A stretch of DNA of 32,000 nucleotides from a bacterium (GCA_037444445.1 JBBIMK010000003.1:1-32000); one strand, 5' to 3'. Counted from the first letter of the stretch, positions 1 through 8,400 are shown. Program-made: numbers and translations. The notes: generated by a model from the sequence alone, not told the origin.

Positions 1-95
1 TCCTTCTGCTGTCTAATTTCCAACCTTGCAATATTATCCTACTACAAGTTCAGGGGAAAATCAAGCGGAGGTTACCTTCTGTGCCGGAAGAAATC

Positions 96-123
96 GGAGA
101 AAAGGATAGCCCCTGCTTTCTCC
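96..123 (-). terminator. Candidate stem-loop about 30 nt downstream of the hbd-like stop codon
   Basis: GGAGAAA (96-102) pairs with TTTCTCC (117-123), with inner AGG/CCT pairs. On the minus strand it is followed by GATTTCTTCC, only a partial U-tract. Confidence 0.3.
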
Positions 124-153
124 CGTAAGATGGCTATGATAGGGAATTGGGAT

Positions 154-1041
154 TTACGAGGAGGCCTTAGGCGGGTAAGTGTAAAATCCTCTTCCAGTTT
201 TTCTGCCGTGATAGCCGAGTTTGACCAGTCGCCGGAGAAGAGGAGGTGCTGCCCATTTTGGCTCTCTATACTCGTTGAACATAATGTCAGCGATGTAAAG
301 AGTGGTGTCAAGCCCGACGAAATCCAGGAGTTCAAAGGGTCCCATCGGGAGATTCAATCCCAGTTTAATGGCGGTATCAATATCCTCTTTCGTGGCGGTG
401 CCGTGTTCGTATAGCCGAATGGCGTCCAGAATGTAAGGAATCAGGAGGTAGTTGACGATGAAGGCGGGGGTATCCTTGCAAACCACCACCGTTTTCCCCA
501 GGCTTTCCACATAGTTTTTCACCACGTGGACAACTTCCGGGCGGGCATCCACCGGCACCACCAGTTCCACGAGTTTCATCACAGGAACCGGGTTGAAATG
601 GTGCAATCCCACGAAATTTTTCCGGCGGCTGGAAGAGACTACGGAGGAAAGGTCAGAGATGGGGATGGAGGAAGTATTGGAAGCGAAGATGGAGGTGGGT
701 GAGACGATGGAATCCAGCTGGCGGAAGAGGGTCTGTTTATCCTCCACCCTTTCAATGATGGCTTCAATAATCAGGTTGCAATCGTGGAAGCTCGCCAGCT
801 CCAGGGTAGGATGAATGCGCTGGAATGCTTCCATCACTTGCTGGTCCGGGAGATTCATTTTCCTGGCCTGACGTTCCATATTGGCTTTCACCTTAAAGAG
901 GGCTTTATCTATGATTTCCTGGCTCACATCCGTTACCACGACCTCATAGCCAGCCATGGCATTCACCTGGGCGATGCCTGACCCCATCAACCCCAGCCCT
1001 ATCACACCCACTTTCTGGATACCTTCCACATATTCTGCCAT
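154..1041 (-). CDS. hbd: 3-hydroxybutyryl-CoA / 3-hydroxyacyl-CoA dehydrogenase
   Basis: ORF 154..1140(-). Has the N-terminal Rossmann motif VGVIGLGLMGSGIAQ, then FASNTSS and HHFNPVPVMKLVE motifs typical of the 3HCDH family. I moved the start to the ATG at 1041 (MAEYVEG...) because GGAGGTGAGG lies just upstream (rc of 1047-1056). The longer ORF would overlap the upstream gene's stop. Confidence 0.85.
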   Translation of the reverse strand: MAEYVEGIQKVGVIGLGLMGSGIAQVNAMAGYEVVVTDVSQEIIDKALFKVKANMERQARKMNLPDQQVMEAFQRIHPTLELASFHDCNLIIEAIIERVEDKQTLFRQLDSIVSPTSIFASNTSSIPISDLSSVVSSSRRKNFVGLHHFNPVPVMKLVELVVPVDARPEVVHVVKNYVESLGKTVVVCKDTPAFIVNYLLIPYILDAIRLYEHGTATKEDIDTAIKLGLNLPMGPFELLDFVGLDTTLYIADIMFNEYREPKWAAPPLLRRLVKLGYHGRKTGRGFYTYPPKASS

Positions 1042-1109
1042 TTTTACCTCACCTCCGATTTCCATTATCATACTAAAGCATTTTTCTTTAAAAAAAGCAA
1101 GGGTGTTTA

Positions 1110-2531
1110 TCAGCGACCGGGTAGAATCTGCAACAGCCACTCTTCAGTCATACCCAGGAGTTCTTCCAATTCTTGCGTGGAGGCGGATTCGGCATAGATA
1201 CGAATGAGAGGTTCCGTGCCTGATTCTCTCAGCATTAACCAGGCTTCCGGGGAGAGGGTGAATTTGAGGCCGTCCGTGGTATTTAAGAGGAGTTGGGGGT
1301 AACGAGCCTGGAGGCGTTCCAGAAGATGGGTCCGGTAGCGCTGGAGGAGGTGATGTCCCTGGTGGGATGAAATGGGCAGGTCTTTTCGTCGGTAGTAAAG
1401 GGTGCCGAACTGTTTCTGAAATTCTGCACGAAGTGCACTCAAAGGGCGGTCGGAGGAAACGAATCGCTCCAGGAAAAAAAGAAAGGAGAGGAGGGCATCT
1501 CTTTCCGGGATGTGAAAGGCGTAACCGATACCACCGCTTTCTTCGCCGCCGATGAAGATTTTTTCTTCCTGCATCAGGGCGCTCAGATGCTTAAAGCCCA
1601 CGGGAGTTTCAAACAGGGGGCAATGGTAGGAGCGAGAAACCCTGTCCACCCAGAGGGAAGTAGGGAGAGTTCGCCCCACACCGCCGGAATGCCCCCTTTC
1701 GCATAAATGTTGAAGGATGAAGGGAAGGAGTTCCTGGACGGACATCAGGGAGCCCGTTTCGTCCATAATGGCGAGGCGGTCGCCATCGCCATCAAACGCC
1801 ACGCCGAAATCTGCCTGGCTGTGAACCACGGTGTCGGATAGAAGTTGAAGATTGGGCAGGACTGGCTCCGGGGTGACACCGCCGAAGAGAGGGTTCCGTG
1901 CTCCCCGAATCGTCAGAATCTCCAGCGGAGTGCCTTTCAAAAGAGATTCTAAAAAACCGGTTAGAACCCCGTGCATGAAATCCACTACGATACGGAGTTT
2001 CCTCCGTAACAGGGCAGGGCGTTCTATGTGAGTTAAAAGGCTCTGAAGATAGGGAGGCATAAAATCGTGGTATGACCAGGATGCCTTTCCTCTGCGACCC
2101 TTTCGTGGTTCTTTCTCCGCGTGAATATAGCCTTCTATGATGTGGATGATGTCATCGGTGGCTGTCCCTCCGTAACTGGGGCGGAATTTGACTCCATGAT
2201 AACGGTAGGGATTGTGGCTGGCTGTGAGGATAATTCCACCCTGCAATTTCTGCTTCCTTACCGTCCAGGCTACCGCAGGCGTGGGGCAGACCCGGGAACT
2301 TAATAGCACTTGAATTCCATAGTCCGAAAGATATTCCGTCACCAGTCGGGCAAATCGCTCGGACCCAAACCGACAATCATACCCCACCGCTACCTTCACT
2401 TTCTTTCCCCGATACTCTTCCAGTAGATATCCGGCAATCCCCCGAACGGCCTTCAGCAGGTTCTCATCGGTAAAGTCATCGGCGAGAACTCCCCGCCACC
2501 CGTCCGTGCCAAACCGTATCGTTTCCACCAT
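1110..2531 (-). CDS. alpha-D-phosphohexomutase family protein (phosphoglucomutase/phosphomannomutase)
   Basis: 473-aa ORF with FGTDGWRG at the N-terminus, the phosphoserine loop TASHNP, the metal loop FDGDGDR and the sugar loop GGEESGG. GGAGGA SD lies about 10 nt upstream of the ATG at 2531. Confidence 0.9.
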   Translation of the reverse strand: MVETIRFGTDGWRGVLADDFTDENLLKAVRGIAGYLLEEYRGKKVKVAVGYDCRFGSERFARLVTEYLSDYGIQVLLSSRVCPTPAVAWTVRKQKLQGGIILTASHNPYRYHGVKFRPSYGGTATDDIIHIIEGYIHAEKEPRKGRRGKASWSYHDFMPPYLQSLLTHIERPALLRRKLRIVVDFMHGVLTGFLESLLKGTPLEILTIRGARNPLFGGVTPEPVLPNLQLLSDTVVHSQADFGVAFDGDGDRLAIMDETGSLMSVQELLPFILQHLCERGHSGGVGRTLPTSLWVDRVSRSYHCPLFETPVGFKHLSALMQEEKIFIGGEESGGIGYAFHIPERDALLSFLFFLERFVSSDRPLSALRAEFQKQFGTLYYRRKDLPISSHQGHHLLQRYRTHLLERLQARYPQLLLNTTDGLKFTLSPEAWLMLRESGTEPLIRIYAESASTQELEELLGMTEEWLLQILPGR

Positions 2532-2667
2532 TCAGGGTCTTTCCTCCAGAACCCACCCTTCATTGTAACCCTCTTTCTTCTCTTCCGTCAAAAGTTATGG
2601 AAAAAAGGGAACCCAACCGGTGAGAGATTATTTCCTGCTTCGCCCACCGGGCTTTGAATCACGAAGT

Positions 2668-2681
2668 ATGATAAATATCAT
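2668..2681. promoter_or_regulatory. 14-bp palindrome ATGATA-AA-TATCAT with a TGAT-N4-ATCA core (FNR/CRP-family half-site pattern) upstream of the respiratory operon
   Basis: Perfect inverted repeat read directly from the sequence. It lies 75-88 nt upstream of the first ATG of the operon (2756), in the divergent intergenic region. Confidence 0.3.
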
Positions 2682-2689
2682 CAATAAAT

Positions 2690-2736
2690 CTGACACAGGT
2701 CATTTCCATTGATTATGCTTGCGATAAAATTAAAAT
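2690..2736 (+). promoter_or_regulatory. Candidate sigma70-type promoter elements for the respiratory operon
   Basis: Option A is cTGACA (2690-2695), N18, TATGCT (2714-2719). Option B is TTGATT (2709-2714), N16, TAAAAT (2731-2736). Option B would place the transcription start inside the SD (AAGGAGGG, 2741-2748), so A is slightly preferred. Neither is proven. Confidence 0.3.
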
Positions 2737-2755
2737 GGTTAAGGAGGGATAAAGG

Positions 2756-3421
2756 ATGAAAAACTGGATTCGGGTGGGAGTTGTGATAGGGGTGGTAGTG
2801 GTGCCTCTTATCGCCACTGGAACCGGCGGTGAGAAAAAGCCGGAAGAAAAGAAATCCCCCACCGCTTTTGTAGGCTCCAAGAAGTGTATGCCTTGCCATC
2901 TGGCAATCTATAAGTCGTGGGAAGCCACTCCGATGGCAAAAGCGTATGAGTCTTTGAAGCCGGGTGTGAAAGCGGAAGCCAAGCAAAAGGCAGGTCTGGA
3001 CCCTCAGAAGGATTACACAACGGATACGAGTTGTCTGGGCTGCCATACTACAGGAAATGGCAAACCCGGTGGGTTCGTGAGCCTGGAGAAAAGCCCTGCA
3101 CTGGCAGGAGTGGGATGTGAGGCGTGCCACGGAGCAGGCACAGAGTACCTCAAGGAAGGGTTGATGACTATGAAGACCCAGGCCCATTCCCTGGAGTCGG
3201 TTCGTAAGGCAGGGCTCATTTATCCTCCTTCTCTGAAGGACTGTGCCACCTGTCACAATGAAAAAAGCCCGTTTAACGAGAAACTGGATAAGAAATATCA
3301 ACTCAAATTTGACAGGGAGACACTGACGAAATCCACCCACTCCCACTCCAGGTTAAAATATGACCACGGAAAAATAGAGGGTTCTTTCTTCCAGCAGGTT
3401 GAAGAGAAAAAAGCCGGATAA
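2756..3421 (+). CDS. tetraheme c-type cytochrome (cytochrome c554-like family), N-terminal signal/anchor
   Basis: 221 aa with a hydrophobic N-terminus (VGVVIGVVVVPLIATG). Four CXXCH sites: CMPCH, CLGCH, CEACH, CATCH. The first is in the FVGSKKCMPCH...YKSW context typical of c554-like multihemes. AAGGAGGG SD lies 7 nt upstream. Confidence 0.85.
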   Translation: MKNWIRVGVVIGVVVVPLIATGTGGEKKPEEKKSPTAFVGSKKCMPCHLAIYKSWEATPMAKAYESLKPGVKAEAKQKAGLDPQKDYTTDTSCLGCHTTGNGKPGGFVSLEKSPALAGVGCEACHGAGTEYLKEGLMTMKTQAHSLESVRKAGLIYPPSLKDCATCHNEKSPFNEKLDKKYQLKFDRETLTKSTHSHSRLKYDHGKIEGSFFQQVEEKKAG

Positions 3422-3452
3422 CCTTATTGCCATCATTCATTGAGGGGTCAGA

Positions 3453-3962
3453 GTGATTTATAGATTTCTACTCCTGGTGCTGGTGGGAGTTATCGTGGTA
3501 CTAATCTACACGGGGATACGAGGACGCACTCCGCCTATCGTTCAGCCTATTGCCTACAACCACAAACTTCACATAGATAACGGTTTGAATTGCAGTGATT
3601 GCCATCAAGGGATTGGCACTTCATCGCCTTCCGCCGGGCGTCCTTCCATCCGAACCTGCTCCACCTGCCATGACCCCTCTTCTCCTCTGGGAAAAAGTCC
3701 GGAAGAGGCAAAACTACTGGAGTTCATCAGGAATGACCGGGAACCGCCGTGGAAACGGATTTACAGGGTGCCGGATTATGTTTATTTTTCCCACTATCGG
3801 CATGCCACGCTGGGGAAGATAGGGTGTGACACCTGTCACGGGAAAGTGGAAGGTCTGACGGAGCCTCCTCCACGCCCGCTGGTTCGCTTTTCTATGGACT
3901 GGTGCATTGCCTGCCATAAGAAGAATCAGGTGAGTGTGGATTGCAATCGGTGCCATAAATAA
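3453..3962 (+). CDS. membrane-anchored pentaheme c-type cytochrome, ActA-like (cytochrome c3/c7 superfamily)
   Basis: 169 aa with a GTG start preceded by GAGGGG. One N-terminal TM helix (FLLLVLVGVIVVLIYTGI). Five CXXCH sites: CSDCH, CSTCH, CDTCH, CIACH, CNRCH. The C-terminal MDWCIACH...VDCNRCHK arrangement resembles, from memory, ActA of alternative complex III. Confidence 0.75.
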   Translation: MIYRFLLLVLVGVIVVLIYTGIRGRTPPIVQPIAYNHKLHIDNGLNCSDCHQGIGTSSPSAGRPSIRTCSTCHDPSSPLGKSPEEAKLLEFIRNDREPPWKRIYRVPDYVYFSHYRHATLGKIGCDTCHGKVEGLTEPPPRPLVRFSMDWCIACHKKNQVSVDCNRCHK

Positions 3963-3977
3963 ATTGGGGGGAGTGAG

Positions 3978-6326
3978 ATGAAACTGACCCGGCGGGACTT
4001 CCTGAAGTGGAGCGGAGGAACGGCGGTTGCCGCCGGTGTGCTTCACCGCCCCCTCTCTTCCCTTTTGCAGGCGGATGATTTTTCTTCGGAATGGGGTCCA
4101 GGAACTGAAACCTACATACCCTCCACCTGCCTGTTATGCCCCTGTGCCTGTGGAATTCTCATCCGTGTCGTAGATGGAAAAGCGGTGAAAATAGAAGGGA
4201 ACCCCTTAAGCCCTGTCAATCAGGGAAAACTATGTCCGAAAGGGCATAGTGCTGTGCTGGAACTGTATCATCCGGACCGTCTGAAGAAACCCTTGAAACG
4301 GGCAGGGAAAAGAGGGGAAGGAAAGTGGGTATCTATTTCCTGGGAAGAAGCGGTTCAAACTTTTGCTGAGAAACTCAAAGAACTTCACCACCAGAAGAAA
4401 CCTCATACTTTTGTTTTTTTGAAAGGGAACGGGTATGGTCTCACGACCGGGAAAATGATAGAGCGTTTTTTGCAGGCTTTCGGCTCACCCAATCTGGTGA
4501 TTTCTCCATCCAGAAGTGGTATGGATGGCGCCTACTGGGCAACCCAGGGAGTGAGCGGTGTAGATTATGATTTCTCCCACACTCGTTTGATTCTTTCTTT
4601 TGGAGCCTCGCTTTTAGAGGGTCAGAAATCGCTGGTTCATTTTATGAATGTGTTCGGGAATTCCCGGGGGGAGAATCGTGGCAGGATGCGGCTGATTCAA
4701 ATTGAGCCCCGCCTATCCGTAACGGGTGCGAAGGCTGATTTGTGGGTGCCCATTCAGCCGAATACCTATGCCACTTTTGCTCTGGGAATTGCTCACATCC
4801 TGATTCGCGATGGTCTTTATGACAAAGAATTTATAGAAAAATTTACCGCCGGGTTTGAGGACTGGATAGATGAGGAGGGGAAGGTCAGAGAAGGCTTGAA
4901 AACTATAGTCCTCCGAGACTACACGGTAGAACATGTTTCGGAGGTCACGGGTGTGCCTTTAGACACTCTCCTGCAGGTGGCGTATGAATTTGCCCGAACT
5001 CGCCCTGCCATCGCTTTATCAGACTGGAATGCCACATGGGCTCCAGATGGATTTTTTACGGCGATTGTGGTTCATTCCCTCAATGCTCTTGTGGGCTCAA
5101 TGGATGTGCCCGGCGGAGTGCTTTTACCTCCCTCCCTTCCCTCTGGCGAACTGCCCCCCCTTCCCCCTGATACTCCAACACAGGCGCCCATCCTTCCTCC
5201 CGAAAAAGCATTACTCCCCTCGCTACCTGAGTGGCCTTTCTTTCAAAACCTGATGGAAAATCGCCTTCCTTATATGCCGGAAGTGCTTTTTTTGTATCAT
5301 ACCAATCCAGTGTATGAATATGGGAAGGGAGAAAAAATTCGTAAGGCGCTGGACTCTATACCACTCATCGTTGCCTACACTTCTTTGATGAATGAAACTG
5401 CGGAATATGCGGACCTGGTGCTACCGGAGCCATCCGTTCTGGAGCGGTGGGAGGACGTTCCCGGTTTTGCATCCGGAACCACCCTGGTAGGAATCGCTCA
5501 ACCTGTGGTCACTCCACTTTATGATACTTTACCGCTGGGTGATTTTTTAATCCGGGTGGCGAAAGCCGTTGGAGGTTCCTTATCCTCTGCCTTTCCGTTC
5601 GAGAATTTTGAGGAGGCTCTGGAGGCTCAACTGAATGCCCTTTTTTCTGCCCGAAGGGGCACCCCTTTCACGGACCCCCTGGAAGTGGCGAACATCCGCT
5701 CACTGGAGGAAAGAGGCTGGTGGACTCCGGTGGAGTCCTCGCTGGAAGATTTCAAAACTCGCCTCCTGGAAAAGGGAGGATGGGTTGACCCTTATTACCC
5801 TTATGGGGAGCCTTCCAGAATTTACCAGACGCCGACTCGCCAGTTTGAATTTTTTCCTTTGGTCTGGAAAAGATTGGGAATCCCGACTCCCACAGGACCC
5901 ATCCAATCCGCACCGTCTGACCCAGAATATCCTCTGTTTTTACTTCCCTACTTCCCTCTGGTGTTATGGAATGGTGGAGGAGAATTACCCTGGCTACAGG
6001 AAGTTCTTTCTCCCATTCTGCCAGTGAACTGGGATTCCTGGGTGGAGATAAATCCGGAAACAGCAAAGAAACTGGGGGTTGAGGATGGAGAGGTGGTGTG
6101 GGTGGAGACGCCGGCGGGTCGGGTGAAAACACGGGCGAAAGTCTACTCCGGATTACCCCCTGATGGAGTGGCTATTCCTGCCGGCCTTGGCCACACCTCT
6201 TATGGGAGATACGCCCGAGGAAAGGGAATTCCCGTGGCAGAAATTCTGACCCAGGATTCTGTCCCCCACACCTTTTTTCCTTCCTGGTTTTCTACCCCTG
6301 CACGCATTCGGAAAGTGAGGGAGTAA
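3978..6326 (+). CDS. Tat-exported molybdopterin-oxidoreductase-fold subunit (ActB1/QrcB/PsrA-like), paralogue 1
   Basis: 782 aa with twin-arginine leader MKLTRRDFLKW. FS0 cysteine group C51-x2-C54-x-C56-x-C58...C86. Fold motifs KIEGNP, FGSPN, LILSFGASLLEG, IEPRLSVTGAKADLWVPI. C-terminal MGD-barrel-like WVEINPETAKKLGVEDGEVVWVET. There is no further Cys in the protein. Confidence 0.85.
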   Translation: MKLTRRDFLKWSGGTAVAAGVLHRPLSSLLQADDFSSEWGPGTETYIPSTCLLCPCACGILIRVVDGKAVKIEGNPLSPVNQGKLCPKGHSAVLELYHPDRLKKPLKRAGKRGEGKWVSISWEEAVQTFAEKLKELHHQKKPHTFVFLKGNGYGLTTGKMIERFLQAFGSPNLVISPSRSGMDGAYWATQGVSGVDYDFSHTRLILSFGASLLEGQKSLVHFMNVFGNSRGENRGRMRLIQIEPRLSVTGAKADLWVPIQPNTYATFALGIAHILIRDGLYDKEFIEKFTAGFEDWIDEEGKVREGLKTIVLRDYTVEHVSEVTGVPLDTLLQVAYEFARTRPAIALSDWNATWAPDGFFTAIVVHSLNALVGSMDVPGGVLLPPSLPSGELPPLPPDTPTQAPILPPEKALLPSLPEWPFFQNLMENRLPYMPEVLFLYHTNPVYEYGKGEKIRKALDSIPLIVAYTSLMNETAEYADLVLPEPSVLERWEDVPGFASGTTLVGIAQPVVTPLYDTLPLGDFLIRVAKAVGGSLSSAFPFENFEEALEAQLNALFSARRGTPFTDPLEVANIRSLEERGWWTPVESSLEDFKTRLLEKGGWVDPYYPYGEPSRIYQTPTRQFEFFPLVWKRLGIPTPTGPIQSAPSDPEYPLFLLPYFPLVLWNGGGELPWLQEVLSPILPVNWDSWVEINPETAKKLGVEDGEVVWVETPAGRVKTRAKVYSGLPPDGVAIPAGLGHTSYGRYARGKGIPVAEILTQDSVPHTFFPSWFSTPARIRKVRE
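3989..4063 (+). repeat. 75-nt tract 100% identical to 9632-9706 (Tat signal-peptide region of the two MoPt-fold paralogues)
   Basis: Base-by-base comparison: ccggcgggacttcctgaagtggagcggaggaacggcggttgccgccggtgtgcttcaccgccccctctcttccct is present at both sites. Flanking coding sequence has diverged. Confidence 0.95.
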
Positions 6327-6327
6327 A

Positions 6328-7008
6328 ATGGCAAGATATGGTATGGTTATAGATTTGGATAAATGCACGGGCTGTCAGGCGTGCGTGGTGGCATGCAAAT
6401 CGGAGAATAATATCCCCATTTCTACCCCTGAGGAAAGTGAGGAGGGGCGAAAAATTTCCTGGATGGAAGTCATACCCCGGGTGGAAGGAGAATATCCTCA
6501 TGTCACGGTGAAGTTTATTCCCCGCCCCTGCTTCCATTGCGATAAGCCACCCTGCACCCTCGTTTGCCCGGTTTATGCCACCTATAAAAACGATGAAGGT
6601 TTCGTGGCACAAATCTATCCTCGTTGCATCGGGTGTCGCTACTGCACTCAAGCATGCCCCTATACGGTGAAATATTTCAACTGGTATAAGCCCAGATGGG
6701 ACGCTCCTCTCCAGGCTTGCTTCAACCCGGAGGTGTCAGTTCGGCCGGCGGGAGTGGTGGAAAAATGCACCTTCTGTCATCACCGTTTAATGAAAGCGAA
6801 GGAGAAGGCAAGAGGGGAGAATCGGGAGGTCCGGGGAGAAGAGTATCAGCCCGCCTGCGTCCAGTCTTGCCCTACCGGTGCCATCTATTTTGGTGACCTG
6901 GATGACCCGAAAAGCACGGTCCACCTTCTCGCCAGAGACCCCAGAGCCTTCCGAATTATGGAAGACCTGGGAGCGGAACCCAAAGTCTATTATTTATCCG
7001 AGAAATGA
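6328..7008 (+). CDS. four-cluster [4Fe-4S] ferredoxin subunit (PsrB/NrfC/QrcC/ActB2-like), paralogue 1
   Basis: 226 aa with four Cys groups: CTGCQACVVAC, CFHCDKPPCTLVCP, CIGCRYCTQACP, CTFCHH...CVQSCP. The ATG lies 1 nt after the upstream stop. Confidence 0.9.
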   Translation: MARYGMVIDLDKCTGCQACVVACKSENNIPISTPEESEEGRKISWMEVIPRVEGEYPHVTVKFIPRPCFHCDKPPCTLVCPVYATYKNDEGFVAQIYPRCIGCRYCTQACPYTVKYFNWYKPRWDAPLQACFNPEVSVRPAGVVEKCTFCHHRLMKAKEKARGENREVRGEEYQPACVQSCPTGAIYFGDLDDPKSTVHLLARDPRAFRIMEDLGAEPKVYYLSEK

Positions 7009-8384
7009 GAGACTACGCACGAATCCGAGACCTGGAAAAACTCCAGAAGGACATCGGTAAAGACGCTCAGGTCTTTTCTCCGATTCTCCTGAAACCTACA
7101 CCCGCCTACTGGGCAACCGTTCTGGTTTTATCGGCGATTCTGGGGTGGGGAGTTTATGCTTACATTCGGCAAATCCAGTATGGGCTGGGAGTAACAGGGT
7201 TGAATCGCCCGATATACTGGGGATTCTACATTATCAACTTCGTTTTCTGGATTGGGATTGCTCATGCGGGCACTCTGATTTCTTCAGTTCTGCGCGTGAC
7301 CAGCACGGAGTGGCGTCGTCCGTTTACCCGGGCTGCAGAAGCGGTTACCGTCTTCAGCCTCCCTTTCGCCGCCATCAACCCCATTATTGACCTGGGGCGC
7401 CCGGACCGCCTCCTGAATGTCTTCCGCACCCCCCACTTTACTTCCCCTCTTCTCTGGGATGTGGTCTGCATCTCTATTTATCTCATCTTTAGCGTAATCT
7501 ACTTTTATATTGCTCTGCTCCCTGACCTGGCTATGTGCCGGGATTACCTCATCTCTGTCTCTCCCTTCCGCAGGTGGCTTTATAAGACCCTCTCTTTAGG
7601 ATTTCGCTACGATGAGAAGAGATGGAAAAAAATTGAGTGGTGGATGAACGGCCTCGCCATCTTTCTGTTTATGGTCGTGGTGTCCGTTCACACCAATGTT
7701 TCCTTCGTTTTTTTGATGACTCTTCAGCCCGGCTGGCACACCACCATTCTCGCTCCTTATTTCGTTCTCGGAGCCATTTATTCCGGGTGTGCGGCTGTGA
7801 TTATCATTATGGCCCTTCTTCGCTGGGTCTACCGCCTCTACAATTATGTAACCGATGTTCACTTTCAAAAAATGGCGAAATTTATGATTGCTTTAGCCCT
7901 TTTCTGGCTTTACTTCACCGGTATTGAATTTTTAGCCATCTACTATGGGCGAGAGGTCGCTCCGATGACCATCTTCCATGCCAAAGTGTTCGGTGCCTAT
8001 AAAGATGTATTCTGGCTGATGTTCCTTCTGACTTTCCTCATTCCTCTGACACTTTTGGTGATTCCAAAAACCCGGAACATCCCCGGTCTGGTGGTAGCAT
8101 CAATCTCTATCATCATCGGAATGTGGCTGGAACGATATTCAGTGATTGTGCCCAGTGAGGCTTATCCTCGGATGGCGAATTTTGTAGGGCTTTATTTCCC
8201 CACCTGGGTGGAATGGTCTATCACTGCGGCTCTTCTGGCAGGATTTTGCCTTTTTTATGTCTTATTCGCCCGCTTCTTTCCTATTCTCACCGTGTGGGAA
8301 GTTCGTGAAGGGCGGGAGCACGGATTGCAGCATTTCGTTTCGGAAATGAAAGCCTTCTACCCGGGTGAAGAATTTCACGGATGA
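7005..8384 (+). CDS. NrfD-family integral membrane quinone-interacting subunit (ActC/ActF/QrcD-like, ~10 TM), paralogue 1
   Basis: 459 aa with about ten hydrophobic helices by eye. The NrfD-like core is GLNRPIYWGFYIINFVFWIGIAHAGTLIS. ATGA start/stop overlap with the ferredoxin gene at 7005-7008. Confidence 0.85.
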   Translation: MRDYARIRDLEKLQKDIGKDAQVFSPILLKPTPAYWATVLVLSAILGWGVYAYIRQIQYGLGVTGLNRPIYWGFYIINFVFWIGIAHAGTLISSVLRVTSTEWRRPFTRAAEAVTVFSLPFAAINPIIDLGRPDRLLNVFRTPHFTSPLLWDVVCISIYLIFSVIYFYIALLPDLAMCRDYLISVSPFRRWLYKTLSLGFRYDEKRWKKIEWWMNGLAIFLFMVVVSVHTNVSFVFLMTLQPGWHTTILAPYFVLGAIYSGCAAVIIIMALLRWVYRLYNYVTDVHFQKMAKFMIALALFWLYFTGIEFLAIYYGREVAPMTIFHAKVFGAYKDVFWLMFLLTFLIPLTLLVIPKTRNIPGLVVASISIIIGMWLERYSVIVPSEAYPRMANFVGLYFPTWVEWSITAALLAGFCLFYVLFARFFPILTVWEVREGREHGLQHFVSEMKAFYPGEEFHG

Positions 8385-8400
8385 AAGGAGGAATACAAAG

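Noticed and set aside
2681-3346. 221-aa minus-strand ORF almost exactly antisense to the 221-aa tetraheme cytochrome gene
   Set aside because: The plus-strand frame has a signal peptide, four CXXCH motifs and a strong SD. The antisense frame has no recognisable motif or SD, and its composition (Cys/Arg/Leu/Ser/His-rich) is typical of a shadow ORF. The equal length is coincidental.
3989-4063. Interpreting the 75-nt identical tracts as a mobile repeat (REP/MITE/IS end)
   Set aside because: Both copies are in frame at the same position of paralogous genes and encode the Tat leader. There are no terminal inverted repeats or target duplications. Paralogy plus gene conversion explains them.
6292-6651. 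Antisense ORFs opposite both ferredoxin paralogues (6292-6651 and 12202-12660) that share a peptide stretch (GWLIAMEAGAG)
   Set aside because: The shared peptide is simply the reverse-complement translation of the 39-nt identical tract and conserved Cys-motif codons. There are no start signals, and the sense frames are unambiguous FeS proteins.
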